Of a stretch of DNA of 64,000 nt, positions 61,715 to 64,000 are shown piece after piece; position 1 is the stretch's first letter, and each line of letters starts with the position of its first letter. The notes under the pieces were generated by a model that had not been told where the DNA came from, made no database searches, and saw nothing but the letters and a program-made list of their open reading frames with translations. The stretch is from positions 12,066 to 76,065 of the forward strand of contig DAOUDU010000203.1 of assembly GCA_034430775.1 (NCBI GenBank), read 5' to 3'. This DNA is from Anaerolineales bacterium (GTDB lineage Bacteria > Chloroflexota > Anaerolineae > Anaerolineales > RBG-16-64-43). The translations under genes and the position numbers were made by a program.

Positions 61715-63094
61715 ATGCCATCCAATATCCGAACCAGTAAAAAAGGGATCCACCGGAAGCTCAAGCCGGTGCGCCGGACGGTCCGCCGCGCCGCATCGCG
61801 TGCACGCCCGCAGCCGCCGGACCCGCGCGCGGTTCCCGGCCCGGAAACCATCACGCGGCGGGAATTCGCCAATGGGGTGACCGTGCTGGCGCGCGAGAAT
61901 TTTCTCAGCCCATCGGTGGTTGTCCTGGGAACCATCTGGGCCGGGGGATTGGATGAGCCCGACGAACTGGCGGGGCTTGCGGCGATGACCTCCGGGTGCC
62001 TTTTGCGCGGGTCTGAAACGCATTCGTTCCACCAGATCTACGATCTTCTTGAATCCACCGGGGCGACCCTCTCCTTCGGATCGGGGATGCATACCACGTC
62101 GTTCTATTCCCGCTGCCTGGCGGAAGACCTGCCGACAGTGCTCGAGTTGGCGGCGGACGCCCTGCGCCGGCCGACCTTCCCGGGCGAGCAGTTCGAACGG
62201 CTGCGCGGGGAATACCTCACGCATCTGACCATCCGCGAACAGGATACCGGCGAGCAGGCGCATCTGGCGTTTGCGGAGCTGGTCTATGCCGGGCACCCGT
62301 ACGCCCACGATGACGAAGGAACCTCCGCGACGGTCCGGGCGATTACCCGCGAAGCGGTCGAAAAATTCCACGCGCGCCGATACGGGCCAAAGCGGATGAT
62401 CCTGACCGTCGCCGGCGGCGTGCAAAGCGGCAAGGCGATCCATTGGATCGAGCATTTCTTCGGCGATTGGCGCAATCCGCAACAGATCGCGCGGCCGCCG
62501 CTCCCGGCCGCGCCGCGCCCGGCAAGCTCTGTGGAAAAACGCGTGTCGCTTCCGGGCAAGAGTCAGGCGGACCTTGTCTTCGGAGCATCCGGACCGGCGC
62601 GGTCTGCCCCGGATTTCCTCCCGGCGATGCTGGGCAACAACATCCTGGGCGTGTTCGGCATGTATGGCCGGATCGGCGAGGCGGTCCGGGAAGCGGAAGG
62701 CTTGGCGTATTATTCGATGAGCACCATCACCGGGGGCCTAGGCCCCGGCCCGTGGATGGTGCTGGCCGGGGTAAACCCGCACAATGTGCCGCGGGCGGTC
62801 GAACTCATCCGGCGTGAAATTACCCGCTTCACGCAATCGAAGGTCACCCGCGGCGAGCTGAGCGACAGCCAGGCCAGCATCGTCGGGCGCATGCCGCTGC
62901 AGCTTGAATCCAACGAGGGCGTGGCGGGAACCCTTATGAACATCGAATTATTCAACCTGGGGCTGGATTATTACCAGCGTTACCCCGGGCTTATCCGGGC
63001 CGTCACCGCCGACCAGATCCTGGAAACGGCGCGGCACTACCTGAACGTGGAAAAAATGGCGCTGGCCGTCGCCGGCCCGCCCGAGGAAGGGTGA
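61715..63094 (+). CDS. M16-family peptidase-like protein (lacks HxxEH; likely non-catalytic partner)
   Basis: Collinear with the M16 fold (FANGVTVLARE..., second-domain motifs), but the zinc-site position reads AAMTSGCLLRGSE. The basic N-terminal extension leaves the start uncertain. Confidence 0.8.
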   Translation: MPSNIRTSKKGIHRKLKPVRRTVRRAASRARPQPPDPRAVPGPETITRREFANGVTVLARENFLSPSVVVLGTIWAGGLDEPDELAGLAAMTSGCLLRGSETHSFHQIYDLLESTGATLSFGSGMHTTSFYSRCLAEDLPTVLELAADALRRPTFPGEQFERLRGEYLTHLTIREQDTGEQAHLAFAELVYAGHPYAHDDEGTSATVRAITREAVEKFHARRYGPKRMILTVAGGVQSGKAIHWIEHFFGDWRNPQQIARPPLPAAPRPASSVEKRVSLPGKSQADLVFGASGPARSAPDFLPAMLGNNILGVFGMYGRIGEAVREAEGLAYYSMSTITGGLGPGPWMVLAGVNPHNVPRAVELIRREITRFTQSKVTRGELSDSQASIVGRMPLQLESNEGVAGTLMNIELFNLGLDYYQRYPGLIRAVTADQILETARHYLNVEKMALAVAGPPEEG

Positions 63095-63101
63095 CGGCGC
63101 G

Positions 63102-63470
63102 ATGCTCCGAGTGGGAACCGACCTGATCGAGATCGAGCGGATCGAAGAAGCGGTCCACCGCTGGGGGGAGAGATTCCTGGAGAAGATCTTCACTTCCGAA
63201 GAACGGATAGCCTACAGTGAGCGCATCTCCTCGCTCGCAGCGCGGTTTGCGGCCAAGGAAGCGGCTTCCAAAGCGCTCGGCACAGGTCTGATGACTGAAA
63301 TCCCCTGGACCGATATCGAAGTCCTCACCGGTCCTTCGGGTGAGCCGGGCCTGCACCTGCACGGCCGCGCGCGCGAAGAGGCGGAGAGGCTGGGGCTGAC
63401 CGATTGGGCGCTCAGCCTTTCGCATTCCGGCGGTCATGCGCTGGCGGTGGTGGTGGCGACGGGAAGGTAG
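63102..63470 (+). CDS. acpS: Holo-[acyl-carrier-protein] synthase
   Basis: 122 aa, GTDLIEIERI, FAAKEAASKALGTG and SLSHSGGHALAVVV. Confidence 0.92.
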   Translation: MLRVGTDLIEIERIEEAVHRWGERFLEKIFTSEERIAYSERISSLAARFAAKEAASKALGTGLMTEIPWTDIEVLTGPSGEPGLHLHGRAREEAERLGLTDWALSLSHSGGHALAVVVATGR

Positions 63471-63563
63471 GGTGGGAGACCGACGCGGTCTTTACGACTG
63501 CGTCGGTCTAGACTTTACCGGTCCTCCTGGATGCGATCGTGTGGGGAGCGGCGTTCGGGGGAT

Positions 63564-63600
63564 AAAAAAAGCCCGGCGTGGTCCCCGAGGGGGCCACGCC
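63564..63600 (-). terminator. Rho-independent terminator for the minus-strand gene at 63722+
   Basis: On the minus strand: GGCGTGGCCCCC TCG GGGGACCACGCC, then GGGC and TTTTTTT. Confidence 0.6.
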
Positions 63601-63721
63601 CGCTTCCCCTGCCGGGTGGGGTCTGGCGCGGGAATGACAGACCACGCCGGTTTGAGTTGGGTCGATCCGGCCTGCTGCCCCGGCCGTGTGCCGGCGCGGC
63701 CTTTCGATCGGCGAAGATCTG

Positions 63722-64000
63722 CTACATGATCAATACCTGTACCAATTCTTCGCCCGCCGGGGTGATGAAGACCGTGATTCGATCGTCGCCCTTGATGTAT
63801 CGTAAACGGACGGAAAATTCACCCTGGTTGGCATCCCCGGTTTGATCCGCGAGTTCCCAGCCCGCGAGCGGCATCTCCCTCAGGTAATACTGCTGAACTT
63901 CAAGAACCGACGCTTCAATCTGGTAAATGTAGGATTCGCCCACCGCCGTAACTGAGATGGCTCCGGGCATGATCGGAACGCCCTGGAAGAAATCAGGCGC
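63722..64000 (-). CDS. Hypothetical protein, probably 5'-truncated by window edge
   Basis: The frame stays open from 63970 to the window end. No family recognised. Confidence 0.4.
   Translation of the reverse strand, partial: APDFFQGVPIMPGAISVTAVGESYIYQIEASVLEVQQYYLREMPLAGWELADQTGDANQGEFSVRLRYIKGDDRITVFITPAGEELVQVLIM

Noticed and set aside
1-64000. tRNA, rRNA, tmRNA, riboswitches, transposases, integrases, prophage genes
   Set aside because: None was recognised on reading the intergenic regions and ORF translations. This is a by-eye negative. tRNAscan/Infernal and HMM searches would be needed to exclude small RNAs.

Overview
GC-rich bacterial chromosomal segment. Pro/Thr-rich linker tails, many LysM proteins and an archaeal-type mevalonate module suggest Chloroflexota (Anaerolineae-like); this is inference only. 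About 60 protein-coding genes are supported, mostly housekeeping: CIRCE-controlled groES-groEL, queG, polA, a class A PBP, GH1 beta-glucosidase, hsp20, an HMG-CoA reductase/synthase/DUF35/thiolase cluster, ugd, an M16 peptidase pair and acpS. By eye I found no rRNA, tRNA, CRISPR array, transposase or integrase, but I could not run covariance or HMM searches. The best candidate for a poorly described system is a tightly packed four-gene minus-strand cassette at 33759-39121. It encodes a small secreted protein with a tripartite C-terminal sorting-like tail (VPTLGWG, TM helix, RRRK). This gene is translationally coupled to a ~200-aa exosortase/archaeosortase-family protein with ordered Cys/Arg/His. 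A processive GT2 (QxxRW) and a ~930-aa polytopic membrane protein ending in a zinc ribbon follow. Other notable items: a duplicated sigma factor / DUF5667 membrane protein module flanking two secreted proteins (27.7-33.4 kb); a YprA/MrfA-like DUF1998 helicase with an in-cis HNH motif; a response regulator with a KPRTGE-repeat tail coupled to polA; a RES-Xre toxin-antitoxin pair next to arsR-arsM; and at least four families of hairpin-forming intergenic repeats, including a 2.7-unit tandem array at 461-768. Many long ORFs in the six-frame track are antisense artefacts of GC-rich DNA and were rejected. Several track ORFs were trimmed to internal starts that have an RBS and remove overlaps.
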